Source: Thraustochytrium aureum
Lineage: Eukaryota
Length of the DNA stretch: 44,675 nucleotides
Direction: 5' to 3'
Assembly (NCBI GenBank): GCA_012862495.1
Contig: BLSG01000114.1
Span: 97,750 to 142,424 of the forward strand
Shown: in pieces, positions 1-11,600 of the stretch
Layout: the number at the start of each line of letters is the position of its first letter
Numbering within the stretch: the stretch's first letter is position 1
Program-made: the position numbers and the translations under genes
The notes under the pieces: model-generated
The model's database searches: none
What the model was told of the DNA's origin: nothing
Seen by the model: the letters and a program-made list of their open reading frames with translations, nothing else

Positions 1-3000
1 GAAGCCGCCTTGCTCGCCTCCAGCGAGCGAGCCGGACTTTGACCAGCGCCTTCGCGGCCCTCGTCGCCGAGGGCACGGGGTCAACCGGCTCACCTTGCAC
101 GGGCGCCCGCTTCGCGCGACACAACCGCGTCGCCACGTCGCTGTCCGCCCGTCTTCACCGGCCTGCCTGCGTCTTCGTCGTCGTCGTCGTCGCGCCGCCG
201 CCGCCGATGCCTTTGAAGGTTTTGCCGGTCGCCGCTGGGCTCCCTGAGCGAGTTGCTGGAGCGTGCTGGCACTCGGCGGCGCGAAACCTTTGAAACATGG
301 GCGCCCGCCGCTTTTTCTTCATTTTTTTTTCGTCACTTTTCATCGCTTTTTCATCCTTTTCCATCGTTTTTTCTTCTTTTTTTCTTCTTCGTTTTTCGGT
401 TTTTCAGGACGCGCTGCGTCCAAGCCTTGGGCCAGCGCAACGTTCGAGCCCGCTGCGGCCGAGAGGGCGTTCTTGGCTCCACTCAGCGCGGCGCTCAGGG
501 CCCCACGCACGGAGCGCCGGTCGCTCGCTGGTACTTGCGCGCAGGTGGCGCATGCTCTCAGAGGCGCTGCCGGTGGAGCTCGCTTGTCATGTGATTTCGT
601 CACGAGCGAGGGAGCGGGCAAGAACGGACGGTCCCTCAGGGCCTACTGTGTTCTCGTGTCAGTCAGCAGGGGGGCGACATCACCTCTGGAGCGGTGCCCT
701 CACCTCGCAGTTTTTGCTGGCGAAGGCGCTCTCCCAAGAAGTACCGGAACAGCTTACGCGTCAAAAGGTGAGCGTACGCAGGTTTTGCGCGAGTAGCTCT
801 GTCTACTAACTCGAGAGAGTACAGTAGAATTTTTTTTGAAGTTGGTGGGGCTTTGGCTGGCTCAGCGCGACGAACAGCGCGATGATCCTGGGAGAATGCG
901 TGCGCCCCAGTCCGCGGTTCGTCGCGCATCGCTCTGTTCGCTGCGCGCTTGGACGCACGCCCCGTTTTTTGCGAGCCGCCCCCGAGCTTGGACATCGTGG
1001 CGCAAACGGTGGCGTGGCGGCAGCGGCTGGCTGGCCGGCCGACTGTGATGATGAATGGTGTTCGCTTTTCCGCATTGGCGTGGCGGACAGGCATTGTTGC
1101 TGCCGCGGCTGTACTTGCTTGCTGTACTTGGTTGGTTGGTTGTCAAGCTGCGTTTCCGTGTCGTGCGCCACCCCAGGACGAGCCGGTCACCCTGACAATC
1201 CCAAGCTAGCTCTAGGAGAGGTGCTTCGACGAAGCTGAAGCTTGAACGGCGCCTGCCTGGCCTGGCTTCGGCAGCAGTGCGAAACCACCTTGGGCCCTTG
1301 GTAGGAGCAACAGCGATCCTTCGTGGTAGGCGCATCATGCAAGCCCTTTCTTCGGCGTGGCGCGGCCGAAGCCCGGCAAACTGCACGCGCGACTTGATCA
1401 ATCGCTTGCCGACTTGCAGGTTTGAGATCGCAGCAGCGCACGCGTGCAGGTCTTGAGCTGCATCAAGCTGGCCGGGTTCCTCGTCGGCCGCATCCGCAAG
1501 CGCCGTGCCTGTCTGTATACGCGCCGTCGAGTATGCTACTCGGCTCGCTTGCGGCGCAAGCCAAGAAGCAGTTTAGCGCGAGCCTCGTTTCTCGCAAGCC
1601 AGGAGCACCTCGACACGCCATGTCTCCACGCCCGCGTCTCGCTCAGATGAACATGTGGGAACCACTGGCGAGCGTCACCGCAGCCACGGAAGGCGCACCT
1701 CCTACCGCAAGCTCAGTTCCCGCGCAAAAACCTCAATAGCGTGCTGGAGGCACGAGCCCCTTGGAGCACCACCATCATTGTCGGATTGCGCTGCCCGGGT
1801 GGCCAACCCGGGCTTGCTCGATTCTTGCGTCGTTGGTCGAACCAAGCAAAAGTCACCAAGGCACCGACCTCCACGGTCGACGGCCTTTCCCAGCAATCTG
1901 CTGGCGCGCGCACAATCATGAACACAGCCCAACTGGCGAAGCCAGTTTTTGCCGCGAACGGCCGCATCGTGCGCGGCTCCGGCACACGCAAGGAACAAGC
2001 GAAACACGAAACACGCAGCACTCGATGCCGCCTCGCTGCCACGAAGTGCGCGACCGCGTCCTCCCCACGCGCGCAGCGCGCCGCGTCGCGCTGGTGCGAG
2101 CGCGGTCATCAACATAATCGCCAAGAATCGCACACGGCCAAAACATGCGCGCGTCTTTCTTTCCACTGATCGGCTGTGAGAGACGCGAGCCCCTGCGAGG
2201 GGGCCGTGCATCGTCAAGACACGCGGCGCGTAGGAGAGCACCGCGCTCAGCTGTGAGTGGGCCGGTCCTGGGAGGGCCTCATGGAGCCGCGCACTGGACC
2301 CCAGACATGTTTTCCAGCGAAAAAAGCCCACAGTAAAGGGAAGAAAGGGCGGAAGCCGACGGAGCAGTTCCTTGTACGCTTTCGCGCTGGGATGGTGGGA
2401 CGTGACAGGTCGACGTCCAAGTGACGAGACTCCGACTCGAGAGTCCGCGGCTCTGGACCCAAGAGTCCGCGCGACTCCCGAGCTCGCCCGGCCCTGGTTG
2501 TTGGCGTCATGCCGCGTGAGTGAGTGCTGTGCTGCCCATGACGGCCAAGCCGCGCCTTTNNNNNNNNNNNNNNNNNNNNNNNNNNNNNNNNNNNNNNNNN
2601 NNNNNNNNNNNNNNNNNNNNNNNNNNNNNNNNNNNNNNNNNNNNNNNNNNNNNNNNNNNNNNNNNNNNNNNNNNNNNNNNNNNNNNNNNNNNNNNNNNNN
2701 NNNNNNNNNNNNNNNNNNNNNNNNNNNNNNNNNNNNNNNNNNNNNNNNNNNNNNNNNNNNNNNNNNNNNNNNNNNNNNNNNNNNNNNNNNNNNNNNNNNN
2801 NNNNNNNNNNNNNNNNNNNNNNNNNNNNNNNNNNNNNNNNNNNNNNNNNNNNNNNNNNNNNNNNNNNNNNNNNNNNNNNNNNNNNNNNNNNNNNNNNNNN
2901 NNNNNNNNNNNNNNNNNNNNNNNNNNNNNNNNNNNNNNNNNNNNNNNNNNNNNNNNNNNNNNNNNNNNNNNNNNNNNNNNNNNNNNNNNNNNNNNNNNNN

Positions 3001-3051
3001 NNNNNNNNNNNNNNNNNNNNNNNNNNNNNNNNNNNNNNNNNNNNNNNNNNN

Positions 3052-4077
3052 GACGGGGCTTATGTCCTTGTCGGCGCGGACGGATCGCCGTACAGCCTCA
3101 AGGTCCGCGCGGCGCTGCGATACAAGCGCATCGCGCACAGGTGGCTGCGCTCCTTTGAGCTCGGCGGCGACCCCTGGAGCGAGCACTTTGCTGACCTTCG
3201 CGCCAAGGTCATTCCAGTTCTGGTGCGACCTGACGGGTCTTACGCAAACGACTCGACGCCGCTGCTTGCCGAGCTGGACGAAACGTGCCCCGCACGCCCC
3301 CTCACGCCGCGGGACCCTGCACTCGCCTTCCTAGCGGCTCTGCTGGAGGACTTTAGCGACGAGTGGGGGACCAAGATTATGTTTGAGGGCCGGTTCCACA
3401 CGGCCAAAGACGCCGAGTTTGGCGCCTCGTGGCAGATGCGCCAAGGCGCTCGCAAAGCGCCACCCGAGGCAAAGAGGTCCGTGTCAGCCGCCTTTGCGGC
3501 GCGGCAGCGACAGCGGCGCTCCCTCGTCGGCTCGACCGACTGGGTCGTCATGGAGCGGACTCTGCGTCGGATCTGCAGCCTCCTCGAAGAAAACTTGGAC
3601 GCTGGCCACCAGTTTCTGTTTGGCGCCGCCCCCACGAACGCGGACTTTGCGCTGTTTGGCCAGCTGAGCCAGATTGCCTTCGACCCACTGCCGTCCCAGG
3701 TCGTGCACCAGTACCCTGGTGCCTGGGCCTGGGTGCGCCTTGTTGACGACCTCTCTGGCGCCACTGAGCCCGACCCGGCCGCGGCCCAGCTGACCCCAGC
3801 TGCGCGCGGGCTCCTTTCGCTTGCAAGCGAGACGTACTTGCCGTTTCTGCAGGCCAACGAGGCGGCTTTGCTCAAGGGCGCAACGGAGGTGCGAGTCGAC
3901 ATCTTTCAAGGCGACGCCGAGCACGTCCAGCCGCCCTTCAAGTACCAGGTCCGGTGCCTGCATGAGCTTCGCTCCATGTATGCCAGGCTCGATTCCTCGG
4001 CGCGCGAGGCTGTAGACCTCGAGCTGCAGAATGCTGGGGCGCAGCCTGGGCTTTGGTCAGCCAGCGCCAAATTGTAG
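3052..4077 (+). CDS. Glutathione S-transferase family protein (5' end in gap)
   Basis: The frame of ORF 3223..4077 is open back to the gap: DGAYVLVGADGSPYSLKVRAALRYKRI...KVIPVLVRPDGSYANDSTPLL (GST N domain: SPYS motif, cis-Pro loop, DS motif) and FLFGAAPTNADFALFGQL (GST C domain). Confidence 0.85.
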   Translation, partial: DGAYVLVGADGSPYSLKVRAALRYKRIAHRWLRSFELGGDPWSEHFADLRAKVIPVLVRPDGSYANDSTPLLAELDETCPARPLTPRDPALAFLAALLEDFSDEWGTKIMFEGRFHTAKDAEFGASWQMRQGARKAPPEAKRSVSAAFAARQRQRRSLVGSTDWVVMERTLRRICSLLEENLDAGHQFLFGAAPTNADFALFGQLSQIAFDPLPSQVVHQYPGAWAWVRLVDDLSGATEPDPAAAQLTPAARGLLSLASETYLPFLQANEAALLKGATEVRVDIFQGDAEHVQPPFKYQVRCLHELRSMYARLDSSAREAVDLELQNAGAQPGLWSASAKL

Positions 4078-4155
4078 GCGGAAGAGTGGTTCATAAAAAA
4101 AGATACAATTGGTCAAGGAGCAAGATCATCGATTTCGCTTGACCGCTCACGGCCG

Positions 4156-5231
4156 TCAGAGCCGCGAAGCCCGGCGCAGCAGAGCGGCACCCCCGCGAGC
4201 GCTAGCGACCGCTGTCGCCATGCCCCCAGCAAGAAATGCCAAAGGATAGACCTGTGTATACGCGCCCCACGGCATGGGTTCATCCATCACACGCTCATAC
4301 GAGGTCCGCAGCACGTGCAGCAGAGCATTGTGAAGCCTGGCTTCAAACACGCGGTCCACGCGCCAACCCAACAAGGGCAGCCGCTCTGTGAGTGAGATTC
4401 TTTGAGCGCGAACGCTGCCCTGGTCGCAGAGCATGTCGTTCATGATGCCAAGCGTCATTCCCCAAAGGTAGAAGGCAGACCTGATTTGCGCCTCGTTCTC
4501 CGGGTCGATTGGAGACTCCAGGGTGCTGCTCACGGCGCCCGACGCCGTGTGCTGGTTGAGCGCGACGTAGAGGGGGCTGATGTGTGGGCCCAGCTCGACC
4601 TTGGAAAACAGCATCCTGTTGAGCGCCAACGCCTGCGCGGCACGGAAGGCGCATGGATGCTCCTTGGGCATCATCCCTTGTGCCGTGTCCCACACCATCG
4701 GCTCCACGCAGTCGTCTCTCAGCAACTGCGCCATTGGCACCCATCCGCACGCGGCAACTTCCTCCTCGTCCAGGACGATGGGCCCGGACTCGTGCCGCGC
4801 CTGGACGAAAACGAACGCGCAAACTACGAGGCCATTCTTGCCCTGAAGGATCTGCGATCGTGCACCCGCCCGGCGTAAACAAAGTTGCTGGTGTCGACGT
4901 CGGGGAAGCGGACTTCGTCGAGCCCCGGCACGCCGAGGCCGACTTCCTCGAACACCTCTCGCGCCACAGTCTCCCGATCGGTCTCGCCAGGCTCTTGTCT
5001 GCCTCCAGGCAGGCCGACCTGCCCGCCCCACCTGTCCCCATCGTTTGCAGCCCGAAGGATGAAGAACGCCTCAAGCTGCTCGACCTCGAGGTCGTCCAGC
5101 GCGGCGGCGGCGCGAGTCACGGCGTCCGCCGTGGGCCTCAGCAGAACGGCCACGCAGGCGCGTTTGCGCCCTTCAACGACCTTCGCCGAGGCATCCAGCC
5201 TCGCGCGAAGCGCCCGGACGGTCGTCGCCAT
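4156..5231 (-). CDS. Nudix hydrolase, CoA-pyrophosphatase-like (NUDT7/PCD1 type), with a 1-nt frameshift near 4854
   Basis: RACVAVLL...FILRA...RWGGQVGLPGGRQEPGETDRETVAREVFEEVGL (Nudix box with upstream CoA motif) in ORF 4824..5231. It continues in the frame of ORF 4156..5031 (LVVCAFVF...EEVAACGWVP...LWGMTLGIM) and ends in a hydrophobic C-terminal segment. Confidence 0.8.
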
Positions 5232-6054
5232 GGCGCATCCAATGCCAATGCGAGTCTGCCTGGCATTCGCTCGATGCGTGCCGAGTCGACCGCATCAGTC
5301 AGGACAGTCCGTCCCTCGCACAANNNNNNNNNNNNNNNNNNNNNNNNNNNNNNNNNNNNNNNNNNNNNNNNNNNNNNNNNNNNNNNNNNNNNNNNNNNNN
5401 NNNNNNNNNNNNNNNNNNNNNNNNNNNNNNNNNNNNNNNNNNNNNNNNNNNNNNNNNNNNNNNNNNNNNNNNNNNNNNNNNNNNNNNNNNNNNNNNNNNN
5501 NNNNNNNNNNNNNNNNNNNNNNNNNNNNNNNNNNNNNNNNNNNNNNNNNNNNNNNNNNNNNNNNNNNNNNNNNNNNNNNNNNNNNNNNNNNNNNNNNNNN
5601 NNNNNNNNNNNNNNNNNNNNNNNNNNNNNNNNNNNNNNNNNNNNNNNNNNNNNNNNNNNNNNNNNNNNNNNNNNNNNNNNNNNNNNNNNNNNNNNNNNNN
5701 NNNNNNNNNNNNNNNNNNNNNNNNNNNNNNNNNNNNNNNNNNNNNNNNNNNNNNNNNNNNNNNNNNNNNNNNNNNNNNNNNNNNNNNNNNNNNNNNNNNN
5801 NNNNNNNNNNNNNNNNNNNNNNNNNNNNNNNNNNNNNNNNNNNNNNNNNNNNNNNNNNNNNNNNNNNNNNNNNNNNNNNNNNNNNNNNNNNNNNNNNNNN
5901 NNNNNNNNNNNNNNNNNNNNNNNNNNNNNNNNNNNNNNNNNNNNNNNNNNNNNNNNNNNNNNNNNNNNNNNNNNNNNNNNNNNNNNNNNNNNNNNNNNNN
6001 NNNNNNNNNNNNNNNNNNNNNNNNNNNNNNNNNNNNNNNNNNNNNNNNNNNNNN

Positions 6055-8163
6055 AGCAGCCCCAGGAGCTTGACGCATCGGCGCATCTTGTACTCTGGCT
6101 GGCTCGAGCGCTTGCTCGCGCTTTACCGACTCGCTCGGCAGCTGGCGCAGCAACTCGGATGATGGGGTTGCGGCTTGCGCCTGGTCTGCCGAGCCCTGCG
6201 GGATGGCCGACACGGGCGCCTGTCGCGTCGGAACCTGCTGCTGCAGCGGCGACGGCGGCTGATTTTGTTGCTGTGTTGAAAAGGCCGATTGGGTTGTGGG
6301 TTGCGCCTGTTCCACGGGTTTGCTCTGCGCCCCCGAAGGGGCCTCCGGCATCGCGACCTGCTGCGGCTGTTGGTGCTGCGGCTGTTGGTGCTGCGGCTGT
6401 TGGTGCTGCGGCTGTTGGTGCTGCGGCTGTTGGTGCTGCGGCTGGTGATGCCCTGAGTCGCCCGCTGCAGAGTGCTGCTTGATCTCCTCTCGCTTCTTCA
6501 TCCACTCTGGGACATTCGTGTCGGCTTCCGCAGGAGTCGGTGCGGAACCGCCCGCGTGAGTCGGGGTCTTGCTGAGTGACTTCGTTGCCCAATCTGGCTT
6601 GGCTGCCTCCGCCGGCGCGGAGGGGATCTCCAGAGTACCAGCATCGCGGCGCTGCTGCCGTGCCAGAGCCTTGGCTTGAATGGTGGCCATCAAATCGTTC
6701 CCCGGGGATGAGGTCTGCGGTTCCTTTGGCGGCGCTGCAGCCTTGGGCGAGTCGTTTGCCTTTTTCAGACTGTTGCGGTTGAATCCCGCAATCCCCGCCA
6801 AAATGCTGTTGCCACCAGATGCCGGCGCTTGTGACGGTGCTGACGCAGCTTCGTCGCCCGCTGAGGCCGACTTGAGTTTGTTTTTGTTGAAGCCCTGGAT
6901 TCCAGCCAAAAGGGGATTGCCGCCAGCCGGTGGTTGTGTCGGTGGGGCGACAGCTTGGGCCTGCGCAGCCGGGGCCGAGCCGCCTGTGCCGCCGAAAAAG
7001 CCAGGCGGGAGTGCCACGCCGTCGCGCATTGCTGCGTTCTCCACGGCCCCTTGGGGCAGCCCAGCTTGCAGCATCTTGGCATACTTTTGGAACTGCGGGT
7101 CCACTTGGCCCGTCGGTGCAGTAGCTGCTGCTGCGGCGGCGGCGGGCGGGGCACCAGACGCGCTTGGCCCTCCGAAAAAGTCTGGCGGCAGCGAAACACC
7201 GTCTCGCATCGCAGCGTTCTCAACCGCGCCCTCGGGAAGACCCGCGCGGAGCATTTTGACGTACTTGTCATACCGCGGATCCTGCTGGGCAGCNNNNNNN
7301 NNNNNNNNNNNNNNNNNNNNNNNNNNNNNNNNNNNNNNNNNNNNNNNNNNNNNNNNNNNNNNNNNNNNNNNNNNNNNNNNNNNNNNNNNNNNNNNNNNNN
7401 NNNNNNNNNNNNNNNNNNNNNNNNNNNNNNNNNNNNNNNNNNNNNNNNNNNNNNNNNNNNNNNNNNNNNNNNNNNNNNNNNNNNNNNNNNNNNNNNNNNN
7501 NNNNNNNNNNNNNNNNNNNNNNNNNNNNNNNNNNNNNNNNNNNNNNNNNNNNNNNNNNNNNNNNNNNNNNNNNNNNNNNNNNNNNNNNNNNNNNNNNNNN
7601 NNNNNNNNNNNNNNNNNNNNNNNNNNNNNNNNNNNNNNNNNNNNNNNNNNNNNNNNNNNNNNNNNNNNNNNNNNNNNNNNNNNNNNNNNNNNNNNNNNNN
7701 NNNNNNNNNNNNNNNNNNNNNNNNNNNNNNNNNNNNNNNNNNNNNNNNNNNNNNTCCTGCTGCTGCTGCTGCTGCTGCGGCGCGGCGCAAGCCCTTGCTG
7801 TTGCGGCGGCGGCGCAAACCCTTGCTGTTGCGGCGGCGGCGCAAACCCTTGCTGTTGCGGCGGCGGCGCAAACCCTTGCTGTTGCGGCGGGTATCCCTGA
7901 TAGTATGCGTCCTGTTGCTGCGGCACGAACCCGTACTGAGCAGGCGGTTGGTCAAAACCATACTGCTGCTGCGGCTGCGACGGCGGTCCTAGGAAAGCCG
8001 TCGGCACGGTCCCCGTCGCGCCGGATCCGTCCATCCGCCTGCACTCGCACCACCCGTCGCCATAGTCCTCGAGCTTCTCGAGCCTTTCGCCCGCAACCGC
8101 AGGGAGTTGGGTCGGATCGTTGGGGTCGGCGTTGAAGTCATAGACCGCTTCGACGACCTCCAT
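6055..8163 (-). CDS. SH3 domain, Pro/Gln-rich, CCDC53-like repeats and tandem WH2 protein (internal gap; 3' end in gap)
   Basis: ATG 8163: MEVVEAVYDF...GDGWCECRR...GTVPTAFL (SH3). Two DPxYxKYxKMLxAGLPxGAVENAAMRDGV repeats. WH2-like NPLLAGIQGFNKNKLKSA and NSILAGIAGFNRNSLKKA. Confidence 0.8.
6361..6444 (-). repeat. 15-bp coding tandem repeat, about 5.5 copies (HQQPQ)
   Basis: Unit ctgcggctgttggtg repeated exactly five times plus a partial copy. Confidence 0.95.
7792..7890 (-). repeat. 27-bp coding tandem repeat, about 3.7 copies (FAPPPQQQG)
   Basis: Unit cccttgctgttgcggcggcggcgcaaa at 7792, 7819, 7846 and a partial copy at 7873. Confidence 0.95.
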
Positions 8164-8716
8164 CGTCGCGCCCGCTCGCACGCCTCTCCGTCTCCGCCAA
8201 GCCCCTCCCGCGCCGGTGTCGTCGCCCTACCACGCCGCGCACTGATCGCGCTCGACCGCGCCTGGGAAGCGAGTCTGCCTCGCGTTTGCGTGCGTGCGCG
8301 CCCTGCCCGAGTGTCTGTCTGTCTGTCTGTCTGTCTGCCTCTCTGGTTCATGAACAAGACAAGATAAGATAGGATACCCCCTAGGGGGCAGCCTGGCAAA
8401 CTCGACAATGTCGAAACGGCCAAAGTGCATGCACACGTGCATTCATCCTTCATTCATTCACCGCAGAAAGGGCGACTCGGCGGGAGGGACGCCCTTGGTG
8501 TACTCCTGTGGACTCCACATGCGGCGTCCGAGTCTTGGTAGGTCGGGCTCGTGACCTCCGCGGGTCAAGAACAGGCCAAGCAGCCCGGAAAAAGAGCCAT
8601 TCGATCACGTCGATACCCACCTCCATGCCGTGCGCTGTGCACAAGTCGAGGTGCTTCGCGTCGCTTGCAGACCGGAAGCCGAGGCAGCGAGCAACGCAGA
8701 GGACCAGGCTGAGGCA

Positions 8717-11091
8717 ATGCGCAAGTCGCTCGGCGAGCTGGCCAAGCGCGTGAGCCTGCGCGGCAAAGGCAAGCAGGCCGACGTGGACTTGAGCAACGAT
8801 GTGGTGCGGTACCAGAGCATCGCAGTGTGCGAGCTGGCCAGGCTGCGCGACGGCGTTCTCGACGGCAAGGAGGCCCCCGGCGTCAGCCTTCCGTGCTCAC
8901 GCGCGACGTCCCCGACTTGGGCCTTCGCGAGGGACAGACGGTCAAGCTGACCTGCGAGATCGAAAATGGCCGCAAACTGCGGTGCCAGGTCCCGTATGCC
9001 NNNNNNNNNNNNNNNNNNNNNNNNNNNNNNNNNNNNNNNNNNNNNNNNNNNNNNNNNNNNNNNNNNNNNNNNNNNNNNNNNNNNNNNNNNNNNNNNNNNN
9101 NNNNNNNNNNNNNNNNNNNNNNNNNNNNNNNNNNNNNNNNNNNNNNNNNNNNNNNNNNNNNNNNNNNNNNNNNNNNNNNNNNNNNNNNNNNNNNNNNNNN
9201 NNNNNNNNNNNNNNNNNNNNNNNNNNNNNNNNNNNNNNNNNNNNNNNNNNNNNNNNNNNNNNNNNNNNNNNNNNNNNNNNNNNNNNNNNNNNNNNNNNNN
9301 NNNNNNNNNNNNNNNNNNNNNNNNNNNNNNNNNNNNNNNNNNNNNNNNNNNNNNNNNNNNNNNNNNNNNNNNNNNNNNNNNNNNNNNNNNNNNNNNNNNN
9401 NNNNNNNNNNNNNNNNNNNNNNNNNNNNNNNNNNNNNNNNNNNNNNNNNNNNNNNNNNNNNNNNNNNNNNNNNNNNNNNNNNNNNNNNNNNNNNNNNNNN
9501 NNNNNNNNNNNNNNNNNNNNNNNNNNNNNNNNNNNNNNNNNNNNNNNNNNNNNNNNNNNNNNNNNNNNNNNNNNNNNNNNNNNNNNNNNNNNNNNNNNNN
9601 NNNNNNNNNNNNNNNNNNNNNNNNNNNNNNNNNNNNNNNNNNNNNNNNNNNNNNNNNNNNNNNNNNNNNNNNNNNNNNNNNNNNNNNNNNNNNNNNNNNN
9701 NNNNNNNNNNNNNNNNNNNNNNNNNNNNNNNNNNNNNNNNNNNNNNNNNNNNNNNNATGAACAAGAGCCTCGACCTGCTGTTCGCCCCCGGCGCCGTCGG
9801 CCACTTTGTAGAAACGCTTACGGGAGTCCACACGTTCGGCGACATACTGCAGAGCTTGGCCGACGTGGACATGCGCACGGCCGATTGCCACAGCGCCCAA
9901 GACCTCGAGATGATCCACAACGCGGTGGAAGGGTCTGTGGGCTTTGACGGCCTCAACAGCAAGATCGCCGCACTGCTGCGCGAGTGGCTCATCGCGACAG
10001 CCAAACGGGCGACCGACCAAGCGCGGGGCGGCGCGGAGGAGAGGGGCCTGGCAATCGTGCTGAACCAGGCGGGAATGGTGGTAAAGCAGCACGGCGACAA
10101 CCAACTCGCCTTGCAATTCTATCTCGAGGGGCTGGCTATCTACAAAAAGGCGCTCGGGGAGAACGACCCGACGGTGGCGACTTTCCTCGCCAACATTGGT
10201 TCGGTGTACAAGGCGCAGGGCAAGCTCAAGGAGGCGCTGCGGCACTACGAGCAGGCCCTGGCCATGAACAAGAACGCGCTCGGGGAGCACCACCCGAGCG
10301 TGGCCACCGATCTCAGCAACATTGGCGACCTGTACCGCGCGCAGGGCAAGTACGAGGAGGCCTTGCGGCACTGCGAGCAGGCGCTTGCTATCGGCAAGAT
10401 GGTGCTCGGAGAGGACCAGCCGCTGGTGGCCACTTATCACAACAACGTCGGCGCGGTGTACAAGGCGCAGGGCAAGCTCGACGAGGCGCTGGACCACTAC
10501 GAGCAGGCCCTGGCAATCCGCCTCAAGGCGCTCGGGGAGAGCCACCCAGACGTGGCCACTTCGCTCAACAACATCGGCTCGGTTTTCTCGGAGCAAAGCA
10601 AGCACGACCAGGCCCTGCAGCGCTACCAGCAAGCCCTTGCCATCCGAAAGAAGGCGCTTGGGGAGACCCACCCTGACGTGGCCACAAGCTTGAACAACAT
10701 CGGCTCAGTATACTGGACGCAGGGCAGGTACGATGACGCCATGGAGCACTACGAGCAGGCATTGGTCATCTACGAAGCAGCGCTCGGGACGATCCACCCG
10801 CGTGTGTCCACCTGCCTGAACAACATGGGCTTGGTGTGCAAGGCGCAGCGCAAGTACGACGAGGCGCTGCGGCACTTTGAGCAGGCGCTCGCCATTGACA
10901 AGAAAGTGCACGGAGAAACCCGCCCGCAAGTAGCCACCGACCTCTGCTGGATTGGGACGATTTACATGGCACAGGGCAACAAGGACGAGGCGCGCGCTGT
11001 TCTATCCCAGGCTCTGGCGATCTTCACGGCCGCTCTCGGCGCCAGCCACCCCAACACACAGACTACAAAGTCTTGGCTCGATCGTCTGTGA
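8717..11091 (+). CDS. 42-aa TPR repeat protein (TPR_10/TPR_12, kinesin-light-chain-like repeats) with an N-terminal domain largely hidden in a gap
   Basis: Eight 42-aa repeats (ATxLxNIGxVYxAQGKxDEALxHYEQALAIxxxALGExHPxV) span about 10051-11058, with the stop at 11089-11091. The pre-gap part (MRKSLGELAKRV...; frameshift near 8889; VLTRDVPDLGLREGQTVKL) is probably the same gene. The start is uncertain, with a possible splice acceptor ttgcag at 8670. Confidence 0.85.
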
Positions 11092-11600
11092 AGGCCGCTG
11101 CTGTACGGGGTTTTGCAACCCGGCCCGAGTCCGCGTTTGGAGGGCCTGCATCGGGGTCGAGCTTGCTCCTGTCGCCCTCGCCTCGACTTGGGCACGTGCT
11201 CCGAGGTCCGCCGTCCAGGACGACGGCCTGCCGCTCGTGCTCCAACGTGGCGCGCTGTGTTTTTTTTCCATAAATGTGGCGCGACGATTGCTGCAACTGG
11301 CCCGATCACCCACGACGCGTCGCCTTTGTTCCTGGCGCAAGCGCCCTGCTTGGCCGCCGCGCGGTGGTTGGGAGCATTGAGGTTGGCGATAGGCTCAGCT
11401 GAGCCAGCTGCAAACCATGGCATCCTCGCCCTAGCTCTTTAGAGTCTCTCGAATCATGTTTTGGACAACGTGCCAAAGTGCGCCGAAACAGATTGGCCGG
11501 CGGCTCGGACTCGTTTGGTGGCTGCTCTTGCAACGCAAGAAGCTATGAAACAAGTTGGTTCAGTCATCTTGGCATAGACATTACAGAGTTGCGAGCGCTC

